Assembly: GCA_036172245.1 (NCBI GenBank)
Contig: JAYWIR010000004.1
Coordinates: forward strand, 3,224,001 to 3,288,000
From: Raillietiella orientalis
Lineage: Eukaryota
Length of the DNA stretch: 64,000 nt
Direction: 5' to 3'
The translations under genes were made by a program, and so were the position numbers. This document shows, piece by piece, positions 1 through 12,413 of this stretch. The notes beneath the pieces are model-generated. The model searched no databases. It was not told where the DNA came from and saw nothing but the letters and a program-made list of their open reading frames with translations. Position 1 is the first letter of the stretch, and each line of letters opens with the position of its first letter.

Positions 1-480
1 TCATCTTCTTGGTGAGGCAGAATAGTCGCATTTTAGGGCGGTCGCCACTGATTGCGAACTGCTCGCAGGCATTTATGGTTATCCTTGGTCTTTCGGAAAT
101 CCACTTCCTGGTGTCCCAAGGGACGCGCAGGAAGCACGGGATGATCTTGGCCAGTTCCTCTCTCCAAGTTTGCTTACTTCTAGCCACTATTTTGGTGGGT
201 GTTCAGTGCCTGCTTGCGCTCTCAAGTGGGATCGATGTTTCCCCACTGCCCTTGTTTGCCTATTTGGGCAGACATCCAGCCTCTCGAATTGTGGAGTAGC
301 TGCGAGTGGGCTTTGTGCGCCACATAAAGCCACTCGTCCATCCCATTTGGTGGCAAGATCCAGAATTTGTCGCACGTCCTGCAGATCCATGGATTGCTCG
401 AGAGATTTCATCCCGGTCCCCCCCTTGTCTCGAGGTCGGCACAGCAGTCTTAGCCTGCCCCGCGGTTTAAACTCCATGAA
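1..480 (-). mobile_element. Degenerate non-LTR retrotransposon (L1/Tx1-like) ORF2 fragment, post-RT region
   Basis: Minus ORF 187..477 has LLCRPRDKGGTGMKSLEQ, resembling the LCxPxxxGGLG motif after the RT domain of L1/Tx1-type elements. Protein-like sequence continues in another frame (QTWREELAKIIPCFLRVPW) off the window edge. GC-richer than the flank. Confidence 0.5.
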
Positions 481-2206
481 ACATCAGTTTTGCAAGCATA
501 TGTTTAAATGCTATAAGGTCCTCCAAAGTGTCCCCTAAGAAAGTATGAGTCTCTATAGCAATATGCATCATGTAACATAGGTATACGTAATTGAAGAGTA
601 TTTATTCAAAAATACTATATGACACCTAATATAATGAATATAAATATATCTTAGAATGAGAAAGTAGAGTACACTTTTTGATCTGAATGCTATAAATGTA
701 CAGAATATTATATGTTTAAGAGACTTTAGAAGACATGTGTTGCAAAAATATGATTTTACGTTGGCTCAGTTGGCTTAACAGGGAAGAAAATTTGATACAT
801 CAAATCATTTATTGATGAATGAATTTTCTTCAAGAATTTTTTAAAATAAAAATACAGGAAAGTCAAGTCAGATTATTTATTCTTGCTTGCTTTTTTCCTT
901 CGAGTCAAAAAATGTACTTTCCACAAAGGGGGATTAAGAGTTCATGGACTGTGTAAAATATAACTAGTATGAAGGAAATATAGTCATGAATGTTAATCAT
1001 TATCCCTGAACTGTTAGTAGCAGCCTTCTTATGTGATTTCATGTATTGCAAAGTACAAGAAAGTGTTCGAATAGCAAATATTAATAATAGTCTCGTGGTG
1101 AAAATGGTGCCTGGTTTCATTCGCTATAATAATTTGAGTCGATATGGTTGTAAAACATTGCTAATATGCCAGCAGTTAGAGCTGCACTTATCTTGGAATG
1201 CAGTGAACAGTTTTGTTTTCAGGTTTTTCTACTAGTTCAAAGAGGACGAAGGTTTCAAAATCGAGCGAGTTATTCTGCTATAACCAATCGATAAATAAGA
1301 AAAAGGAAAAGTCGAGGTCTTTTGAGGTGGCGAATCACTCCAAGAGAATTGTTCGACGATCCAAACTCCACCAAAAATGAAGCCGTGCACCTCCACTAAG
1401 GGACTCTGAATGCCACTCTGTGGTAATATGAGCCACTCAGCATGGGCATTTAAGTTCTCGACTTTCATTAGGATGTCGCAGAATCATCTTCTTTGTTTCC
1501 ACTTTTTCTATGTTCCACCTTGGAAACATAATAACATTACATAATTATCAACCTGAGCAAGGCGTGTATATATCATATTTGCATTTGTTCCTTTTCCTAC
1601 GGTGTTATTCTTTCGAAACATTTCCGACTTTTTTTCCTGAGAATGCATGATGAAGGCTAAGGCTAGAACTCTATTTCGTCTCGTGTGTGATAGATCTTGG
1701 ATGAATTTTCCGTTTCCAGTAGTGATAATAATGATAGTAACCAGTAAATTCATGCCAGTTATCAAATGTCCATATTGATTTCTGTGTAAGTGGGAGATTT
1801 GGGTGCAAGAAATACAGATGTTCCCCACGCCTATATTGAAATTTCTTCGATCGCGTTTTCGATGAAATTAAATGTAAATATGACTGAGGAACAAATGAAA
1901 AATTATGCCTGTAATATAAATAATGGAAAAAATTAATGATTTATAAACATGCGCTATTATCAGTGTACATGTCATTCTTCAGAGAGGTTCACTTGCTAAT
2001 GCAGAAACCATGAAGTATTAGGCTTGATGTTTAAATAGCAGCTGCTACAAGCTAATGTACAATATCTTTAAGATGTTACATTACGTTTCATTATTTATCC
2101 AAATAAGCAAGACTCAGCTGTGTTAATTCGAAAATATGGAATTTACAACGTTTTATACAAATTAAATAACAAAAACAATGAAGAGAAAAAAATTTATTTT
2201 TTTAAA

Positions 2207-5200
2207 ATGGCTGTTTTGTCAAGCAATATTGTAAAAAATAAACCTTCAACTATATTTGTGCAGTATAAATTATTTATTCATGTATTATTATTTTCTGCAA
2301 TCCACGTGTATACGAATGAATGTTGTCAAAATGTTAAACACTGTGATTTGGAGAACTGTGTTAATTCTACTTGTACCTCTACAACCGACTGGAATGAAGG
2401 TATCTGTCGTTCATCCCAAATTCGTATTAGGTATGTACTTTTTCCAATATTTTTTTCTATTGATTTATTCAATCTCAATATTCATTTTCATTTTATATTC
2501 TGCATTCCATCTCTCTCTCCAAGTATCAGTAAGTTAGAGAAGTGTAATTGTATCGGTATGATTGCAGTGTTTTGTGACAGTTTAATTGAACCATGTTTGA
2601 TTGATTTATATTGAATGTTTAGGTAATGACCATGTAAAAGGATACTGGTTCAATAAAATTGAAACAAACTGCAGCATCAAAAGAATCATGCCATCCTTAA
2701 AAATTTAATAATATTCCTTCATTTATCTGCATAATTAGTATGTTCATAAAAATTCCTTACAAGGCTGCATATGTAGAAGGTTTTGAGGTGTAGAAGATTG
2801 TGATTCTTACCTCCTGTGAAATTTTTTGGTTTTTCTAGATTAACTGACCCCCAAGGCTATATAACTGATGGTCCAGGAAATTATGCTGTCAGCACTCAGT
2901 GCTCATGGCTAATAGATAGTGGCAGCAAGAATAGTACGATTTGGATCCAAGTACAACAATTTGCAACTGAATGTGGATGGGACTTTTTATACATTTATGA
3001 TGGAATGAATGTATTCTCACCACCCTTAGCTATTTTGAGGTAGAATTAAAAAATAATTCATTGATTTTTTGCAATTCTTTCATTGTTTATCATTTAAAAG
3101 TTTACATTAAAGAATAACAGACCTTTTGGATAATGAATAATTGTGTTTTCAGTGGAGTTTTAGTGGATGAGAAAACAGATAAAGTGTGGGAAATTCAGGC
3201 AACTTCTGGATATGCATATCTCTATTTCTTTAGTGATTCTGTATTCAATATGAGTGGTTTTGATATATCTTACAGGTAAAGTATTTCAAAGACTTTAAAA
3301 AGAACATACTTAATGTACATGATTAATTATATTTTGATTATGTTTTTTCAGCTAACTGAATCTAGAATCTAGCAACTTTCCTCACCTTGCATTTAAGCTA
3401 AACAATAATATAATTATAATGTCTAAGAATAATGAACTTTCAAGGGAAGGTAGTTGTAATTCATTCTTGAATTAAATATTTTTAAATTAGTTGCAAAGCT
3501 TCAATTTCTTTGAGGCTGCAAATCTGCAAGTCAACATATGTTTTATATTCATATTTGTTTCTTTTCTTTTTAAATGAGATGTTTAAATTTTCAAATGGGA
3601 TTAATTACAAATCTGTTGAAATCTGTTGTTTTTACTGACAACAATATACATTTCAAGGATTTTTGATTTGAAATATAACAATTCTAGAGTTTTTTAATCT
3701 CTAATCTTGAATTAGGTTGGCTAATGTTTTTGGCATTTTTTATGTTGATATGAGCTTTAAATGAAGTGATACATTATATAATTGTGAAATTAAAAGTTTC
3801 ATTTAAGTAAGCTGTATTTAGTTTTCGTGTTCTGTTGAACTTTTGCATAGCTAATGAGTTTCGGTTTCATAATTTCATTAAATTCCCATTCTGCTCCTGC
3901 AGCATACTTCAGAACCTGCAACATTAAGACCTTACAGTGGCTGCTTTTTAATATGTTTGAGTAGTTTTGCATGTAAAAAATGGAATAACTTGAAAAGCTA
4001 AACGACAGATCATGCAGTTCATATGATACATTAAGTGTTAAGATGCTGATAGTTTTGGGTATTGGGTTCCATGACAAATAAACAATTGTTATTTGAATAT
4101 AAGTACATATACAATAGATACTTATTGTGTATTCTATTGCTAAGCCTTCACAAATCATTAGTATTTGTAATCTCATAGTTTACAGAATTACATGCTGGTA
4201 AGAAAAATGGATTTTCTAATGATGGCCCAAATGTATGACATGTTTTAGTATTTAAAATCAAAATGCTCTTTCATTTTGTAAATTGAACATTTTGGGCTAC
4301 CACCTATAGCTGTTGACAGTGTTAACTACTGATTTTGTGAAAGAAATTGTGATAATATGGTGCAATTTTTACTGGGATAAATTTTCCAAGCTTTTATTGT
4401 GTAGCTGTTATCTTTTTCATCTATTGAATGTTCTTGAGAAATTCAGTGTATGAAATAAGTCTGCAGCAATTTATAGTCTTGAGCAATACTGTGGAGCAAA
4501 AATTGATATCATTTTTCGTTGTGTTAATGATTTCCAAATTATGCTTTAGGAGTATTTAGTTATTTTACATTAGGTGCATTGTTTTTTTGAGAACCATATG
4601 TAGATGCAAATGTTCATTTCATATTCAGCCATATTGTAATACTGACACCAGGTACATTTCTTCTTGATCAAGGGTGAGCATTTTATGTTTCGGTATTTTC
4701 TTTGGGTAAAGGGAATAGGAGTAGATGACGAATCTCGTTTTTTTATCTTTGAACTGTAGAATGAAAATCACGAATTTCTTGTTTTCTGTAAAATAAACAT
4801 CCATATGGACAAACATCGCCTTTTGTGTATAGCGTGTTATTAAATTAAAAACAGCTGCTGAAATTTGTAAATGTAGCCTAATACGAGTTACATGCATATT
4901 CTTATCAGTTCTGTAAGTAAATAAACATAATTATCCCTTGTGGTCGATTTCTTCTATCATTAAAAACTAAATACTCTAAAGTTGGTTCAAGAACACATGC
5001 AACTTTATTTTTGTAAATCTATGATCAAGACTTTGAAAATTCCAAGCACAGACAAGTTTTCTGTCCTTTTTATGTGCCTTCGAGGAATCATGAGATATCT
5101 GTTGAGGTCTTTTATATGTAATTAATTGCTTATTATTGTTTACAGCGGATAATTGGAATTGAAAACTGCAATTGCTCTTGTAGTATCTCATCCTAAGTGT

Positions 5201-8200
5201 TTCTGAAGAATTTGATTGGTATGTGATCTCGGTTCAGGAATGTTATGATTAATTGTTAGAATTAATATTTTTTTTTGTTTTTTTCGTTTTGGAAGTTTTC
5301 ACATAATTTGTTTGACATCTGATCCTCATATGATACGGATAGTTCCGCAAACGATCAGGTTTGGAGATTTTTACATTTGTTCTCCATATAATTTATTGTT
5401 TCCCTCTAGGAAAATCAATAGTAATTAATAAGAATGCAATTACATAACAACTTATTTTTTAGCATAAATAGTTGTCCAGCTGGACTTAGAGGAAAAATTT
5501 GTTCTGGGAATGGTGTCTGTATTGCTGGACAATGTACATGTAATTCTGATTTTACTGGCATAGCATGTGATGTTGCTATTTGTCCTGGAAATTGCCATCA
5601 GGGAGCATGTGATAAACTACATCACCAATGTGTTTGTGATGCTGGCTATACAGGTGTGTAGATGCATTTGATAAGAATACCAACATAATTATGTTTGTGT
5701 AGGAGTGGATTGTAGTCAGAATGTGCATGGAGGAGTTTGGGAAAGTATTATCCCCACATCTTCATTTGTACCATCTCCTCGTGCATCCCATGTTCTGCTG
5801 GAGTATCAGCATTATTTATTGATTGTGGGAGGATTAACTTTTGAAGTAGGTTTAGTTCACTGAGATCTGCAGTTTGTGAAAGAGTCAGTAGGTAGAAGAA
5901 CAAATGCATGTCCACCAATTTAATGTACAGTCTGAACAATGGTTCACCTTTTCCGATAAACATAATACTCATTCTGCTGTTAGTCCTTTGCCACGTTTTT
6001 TACATTCAGCTATCTTATACAAGGTTTGGCTATTTTTTATGAATGTTGTGAAATGCCAGAAATGTTTAGAATTATATTTTTGTTTATGGTGGTTCACTTC
6101 TGAATGGCACTGCTGTTAATGAAATCTGGCAGTTTGATCTTGCTGAAGGATTATGGAAGCAAATAAATACTGTGAACAAAGAGTGCCAAATTAACTGTGA
6201 TCCACTGCATGTTATGGGGCATTCAGCAGTCCGAGTGGATAAGCGGATGTTAGTGTTTTTTGGTTATTCCCCCTTATATGGTTATTGTCATTTTGTACAA
6301 GAGTTTCATCTAGGTATCAAGGCTATTAAAATGTGCAGCATACAAATGGATGTTCTGTTCATCAGGTTCTATGGAATGGAGCATTGTTGAAACAAAAGGT
6401 GCTATAATTTGGGGAAAATTTGGCCATACAAGCATCTATGACGAACACAGTGGCAAGGTATTTGTGTATGGTGGTTACCAATCAGAGGGAAGAAACCGAA
6501 ATCGCATCAGTGCTGATCTCTACTCATATGATCCTTGGTCCCGTATCTGGTACTTGTTTGTTAACATGGCCACATCTCATACTTTCTGTAGGATTCTACT
6601 GACACCTAGCAAGCAGGGTGCCTACTTGCACATAGCTGTGCTCCATCATGGACTCATGTTTGTTTTTGGAGGCAATATGCAAGATTCTGATCCTAATGAA
6701 CAAGGTCATTGCTATTCATCCCAGTTTCTTGTGTATGATACTGTGTGCAATTCTTGGACTATCATGCCAGAACCAAATCTTCTAACCAGTAACAAAGGAC
6801 GCTTTGGGCATGCAGCTGTGGTACATCATGGATCGATATATTTTCAAGGGGGATTTTCTGGGATTCTGGAAAAAGATTTGTTGCATTATACTCCAGGCAA
6901 CTGCTCCTTCTTTCATACCAAAGAAAAGTGCTTAAGTGTTACCTGTGGAGATAAATGTATCTGGGATGAAAAATCTCAGAAATGTTATCATCTAACTGAT
7001 AAACTACCATCTGATTCTGCATTAGTGAAATGCTATCACTCCCCTACTTCTGAAGTGCATGTATCCCTGTGTTCTACTTTCACTTCATGTCAGACATGCC
7101 TGCATACTTCATTTGGATGTACTTGGTGTTTAGATACTTGTGTATATGGCTCATGTCCAGAAGGAACTATGGGAACTATTTATCCCAGCCACTGCCCATG
7201 GCGTATCTCAACCCATTGCATGCGTTATCAGAATTGTCAAGCATGTCACTTGCAGGAATATTGCAGATGGAATGAAGATGAGTGTTGTGCTGGTCCTATT
7301 CCTAACAGTATAGCTAATGTGACTAGTGTATCAGAACAGCAGGAACGGTGTGTGCCACCCTGTAGTCATTTAACTACTTGTGGTGAATGTATGTTGGTGG
7401 GCTGTTTGTGGTGTGAGCATCCACAACGGTGCATCGAGAACAATGGCTACTTGCCTTCTTTTTTGTATGGACAGTGTCTTAAATACACTACAAGCTCTAG
7501 CCATTGTCATAATATACCCACAGGTAGGGAATGATTTGAAGCTATATAGATAGGCATTAGGAAAATTCTCGGTCAATTGCATGTTTGTTCTTATTAGATG
7601 GAACACCTTGCAATGCTCATCAGACATGTGAAGATTGCTTAACAGATACAGTTTGTGGATGGTGTGATGATGCATCTGGAACAGGAACTGGAAAATGCAT
7701 GGAGAGTAAATTGAACAATATGACTAGCAACCAAATGGCTTGTCCAGCTCACCGCTGGTTTTATACAAGTTGCCCTGGTAAGCCTAATGCACTTTTGGTA
7801 TGTATGATTGTGTTGTAGCTTGTCAGTGTAATGGCCACAGTAAATGTGGAGAAGATGGACATTGCATACAACCATGCCATGATTTAACAGAAGGACCTAT
7901 GTGCCAGTACTGCCAAGCAGGCTATTTTGGGAATCCTTTGAATGGTGGTAACTGCCAGGGTAAGTGGTGGTATTTATTTATTTGACTGATGGAATTGTTG
8001 ATAGCTTGCCAGTGTAATGGCCATGGAGATTTGTGTGATCGTGAAAAAGGACGTTGCCTCTGTACTATCAAGGGGATTGTAGGTGATCAGTGCAATCGTT
8101 GCGATACACAAAGTCATTATTTGGGAGATCCACTGAATGGGGGAACATGTTATTGTGAGTGCACAAACAGATGTATCAATAGTTGTCCTCAGATGAACTC

Positions 8201-9110
8201 AGTGTAGACTATCAGTTTACCTTCAATCTCTCAAAGGAGGAAGATCGTCACTATACAAAAATTCATTTTCGTAACACACCTAGCAAACCCGATGTAGATA
8301 CGGAGTTCTATATTTCATGTTCAGTGGCTGCACGGCTTAACATTTCCATCCGTCAAGGTAAAGTACCTGGGAATTCAGTGCTTTATGTATGTTCATTTAC
8401 ATTTCAGGAATCAATGCTAGTGAAAAATTACTATTTTCCAATATTAGTTGCGAGAGTTTCCGTGTGCGCTTCTCAAAGAATGATTACCATTTTGGTACAA
8501 CCGAAAATACTACTTTTTTTGTTTATGTATATGAAGTGCATCCTCCCCTTCTCATAATGGTAGCCTTTTCCCAACATCCTAAACTAGATCTGTGGCAATT
8601 TTTCATCACATTCTCGACATGTTTCTTAACTCTACTGATTATAGCAGCGATTTCCTGGAAAATCAAACAGAAATGCGATCTCTATCACCGTAGACAACAG
8701 TTGTTTGTGGAGATGGCAAAAATGGCCAGTCGTCCTTTTGCTCACATCAGTTTAGAATTGGATACAAGCCAAGATTCCAGTTGTTTGCTGGAAACAAGTG
8801 AGCAACATAAACAGGTCTGTATGTGGATAGCGATACTTTGTTTTGATAGTTTATGTAGGAATTTTCCGGTCCTGTTGCACTTGAGCTATGTTTGGATAAT
8901 AAAGCAGCAATTTTATCTTTAATAGTGCAACAGCCTCGAGGAGGAAGTCCATATACTCCAGCAGGCCAGTCTGGATTAGCTATTGCCTCAGCATTGGTAA
9001 CAGTTGTAAACCCAAAAAAGATGACTGCTGCAGAGACAGTGCATAAAGAAGACTCGAAAGTGAAATATTCAAAAATTGTTGTTGGTACTCAAGCTGGTGT
9101 ACATCTTTGA
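2207..9110 (+). CDS. ATRN: Attractin / attractin-like membrane protein (CUB, EGF, kelch repeats, PSI, laminin-EGF, TM, conserved cytoplasmic tail; no C-type lectin domain seen), ~1222 aa, 15 exons
   Basis: Manually spliced GT-AG exons with consistent phases: 2207-2430, 2839-3039, 3153-3275, 5463-5653, 5703-5845, 5892-6023, 6070-6313, 6366-6549, 6592-7523, 7598-7777, 7819-7959, 8005-8154, 8193-8357, 8408-8814, 8859-9110 (3669 nt). Hallmark motifs: TDGPGNY..QFATECGWDFLYIYDG, TSGYAYLYFFSD, CQCNGHS, DYQFTFNL, QFFITFSTCFLTLLIIAAISWKIKQ, EMAKMASRPFA, GLAIASALV. Confidence 0.95.
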
Positions 9111-9453
9111 TGTATCCTAAAATATTTTTAAAGTGTTTGCATATTTGCAATGAAGATTTATGATGTAATTATTGATTTATGTGGCCAATTTATTGTGTCT
9201 CAATTTGATTCTTAGTTATTCATATTTGACGATATGCTAATTATTATTTATTGTCATGGTTTAAGTAATATATAATTTTATTCTTTTTTGTGGCTTTTAT
9301 CAGTTATGAAATGGTTGTTTATATAGCATTTTCAAATACACTGTATGAAAGCAAATTGGTTGCCTTGCATTCATTAAATGCAAAATTTGAATTAAAACAT
9401 TAGTAAAAAATTTTCATATCCAATTTAAGTATAGTAAGTCGTTAGTACAAATT

Positions 9454-9459
9454 AATAAA
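9454..9459 (+). promoter_or_regulatory. Candidate polyadenylation signal of the attractin gene
   Basis: AATAAA ~340 nt after the stop codon in an AT-rich 3' region; ATTAAA variants also lie slightly upstream. Confidence 0.4.
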
Positions 9460-12341
9460 AACTAATTTCATGCCAAGACGTCAAGTATGGAGAAACTGCC
9501 TACCCAAAAATACGCTTTTAACCTTTTCTGCCAATATGCACCATCTGTCCAAGAAATGTTTCATTGTTTGTTTTCAGAATTTAAAGTAAAATGTTTTAGG
9601 AACTTTTCTTCATCGTTTCATTTTAGAAATGAATAAATAATCTTAAATATGCTTATTTCCATTGAGCTAAAATTTTTAAAAGGCTCCAACTTCACATGAA
9701 ATCATTCATGTGGCTTTCATATGAGAACATGGCTAATCCCATGGGAAGAAAATAGATTGCATCTCTTATTCTTCTAACCCCAGAAAAGAGTACATGCAGT
9801 TTACATTTCCTGTATTGCTTATTTAATGTACCTTGTTCTTCAGACATGACTTTTGTAAACAAAAGCAGTAATGAAACTTTTGAAAATGGATCCAAAACAA
9901 ACTGCATGCAAGTAAAGTACTGCAGAGCTTAATGGTTTTATTTTTTATTTTTTCCTGAACAATCATAACAAAAATCTCAGCATTACAAGGAAATATGGAG
10001 TCTTGCATCAAGATTGCAAAAAAAAAAAAAATGCACTTGATTGAAACAAACAAAATTTCAAATGGCACAGAAAGCATCTTGGATGCAATTGTTCACAAGA
10101 GAACTGCACACTTAGAAAAGAGGCACACAAGAACAAGGAATCACTTTTTTTTCTCTTTACAGCAGCTGAATAGAAAATCTTAAATTCCTTGAAGCATTAA
10201 ATATGTAGGAACCATGCAAACATTAAGATATCACTGTGGAAGATGGCTAAGATAAATTCTTCTGACTACAACTGGTGTAATGATAAAATTTCGATTCGAA
10301 AGACTAAACCATCTATAAAAAATTTCAAAATTCTCAACTCAGAATCTTTCCTCTTGTCCATAGTTCAGCATGTTCTTTTTTTTCCACCTGATAATGAAAA
10401 GCTTAGATACATACTGTCTACGTGAACATTAAAATGGTGAAAGTTACTTTTCATTTGTCGACAAGCATCTTGTGCGATTGCGTAAAAGTTGGAAATTGTT
10501 CAGTTTTTATCTGAAAAATAAGGCCTTCAAAAGCACATCAAAATATTGTTTGAAGGATGTTTGGCTTTCATGGATACAACGAATGGTTGCATTTCAGCTT
10601 CAGCATTCTTAGGGCCATCACATATATGCTGCAATGTCAATTCGATTGGTTTTTCATACCTCTTAATGTCTGATGATTGTTTTCTGTTTGGTATCAATCT
10701 ACACCTTAGAATTTCTTCAGAACATCATGAATGTATTTCGATGAAAGCGATTTATGGTGAAAAGAAACATTGCTTTAATGTTAAAGTCGCCAGTTTAAAA
10801 GCTCAAGCCCATGAAAAGAGTAGTCATGAAAACATTCATATGTGTCCAAGAGTAGAGCTTGAAATGAGAAGCATCATCTCAAGCTTACTTAACAGTATAA
10901 CAAAAAAAAACAAAACCAGGGATTTTTTCTGAATTTTTGAGAATGTGATTAATAGTTTTACATCATCCAATGAATACGGCACGCTTTTGCTTCTTTTCGT
11001 CATTCTAGCGCGTAACCCAGTTACATGAGGAAAATAAACCAGTTTAAAAACAATTATTCGGAAACTTAATCACATTTTCAATAAGCAAGTTAAAAATTTG
11101 TTTCCATATTGTCCATTTTTCGTTATCGCCCATTCCATTCCAGACGTTTTCATTTTCTAAAGCCGTCCAAAAACTAATTTGAGTGTAAACATCTAACAGA
11201 AGCATCACTCTTAGCAGGTTTCCTCCATTACCATCAGAATTATTTTGATTTAGACGTGTAAACGATACCGCACCCAAGGCGTCAGATTTTTATCGTTGGA
11301 ATGGCCTGAAAAAAAAAAAAAAGAAGAAACTCTTCTTTCCAATCGAGGCATATAATTAGTTCCTTAATCGATGTGCTATTCTCAAAAAATGTCTGAAGTG
11401 TGTTTGCCGCGCTTACAACATAAGTCTGGTATGCTCGGGAACGGAATTGTTCTTCAGATATACTTGTGTGCATTTACGAAGCTATTAAAATCAAATATAA
11501 CTGATTGATTTACAAAATACTTTCAGCACTACTACTTATACCAGTACGACAAGGTAGCAAAACACAAAAATATTAACTGGTTAAAAATATTAATTAAATA
11601 ATATTAAATGGTCTTTTGGAATCGCTTTTGAAACAAGAGCTTGCTTTTCTATTAGATTTTGATTGTGATGAAACCATGTAGTTCGACAAACGTTGATTCT
11701 ATTAAACCTTGACAAAGTCGACGGTTTACATGTCCAGATGTTCATCGTGTTCATCGCTTAGAAATGTTCAACAAAGATCGAGACCAAAGCACGATAACTA
11801 AATATTTCAGCATTTGAAATCTCAAGTGCTTATGATGTTCTAGAAAGTGGTCCCTCAATGACTTGTAGTGTCCATTTCTAAAAATCAATTTGCTTACCGA
11901 AAGCTTTCCATGGAACTAATTTCAGTTCTTAAAGTTGTATTGAAAAAGTGATTTTGTTAAAGTCCAAATAAAAGTGTGCTCCCCTCGCTTCTCACTGTTT
12001 ACTTTGGCAAGGGATCAAAGAATTTGGAATCGTCTCTCAATGCTATAGCAAAACCGTCGACTCGTCACAAAGACGAACAATTGGCAACACTACTTTTTGG
12101 GGGTCAACAAAAACTTTTTACAAATTAGTACATCCAATGCAGAGATAAGAATTTTCACAGAGTTCGCATAAATTTTGTATGCGCTCTTCGACATTCGGTT
12201 ATTGCTTGAGGACACAATTTTCCCGTCTCACGACATTCTTCATAACAGAAAGAAACAAGAAATACTATTTTGGGAAATCTCCCTGGAGGTCTAGTACGTA
12301 GTGCCGTTCTCCCGTAAATACCGCTGCGGATGCTCGGTGAC

Positions 12342-12413
12342 AAGTAGTACGTTTTACTACGTGGTAAAACGTAGTAATAGTACGTTTTACTACTTTAAGG
12401 ATCTTGGCAACAG
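12342..12413. repeat. Nested palindromic motif cluster next to a TTGGCAAC transposon-end-like motif
   Basis: TACGTTTTAC occurs at 12348 (+), 12364 (reverse complement) and 12381 (+). It is bracketed by the inverted pair AAGTAGTA/TACTACTT and followed by TTGGCAACA at ~12404 (also at 12081). Confidence 0.6.

Noticed and set aside
905..1830. Short minus-strand ORFs upstream of attractin (possible divergent gene)
   Set aside because: No recognisable domain and no consistent splice model.
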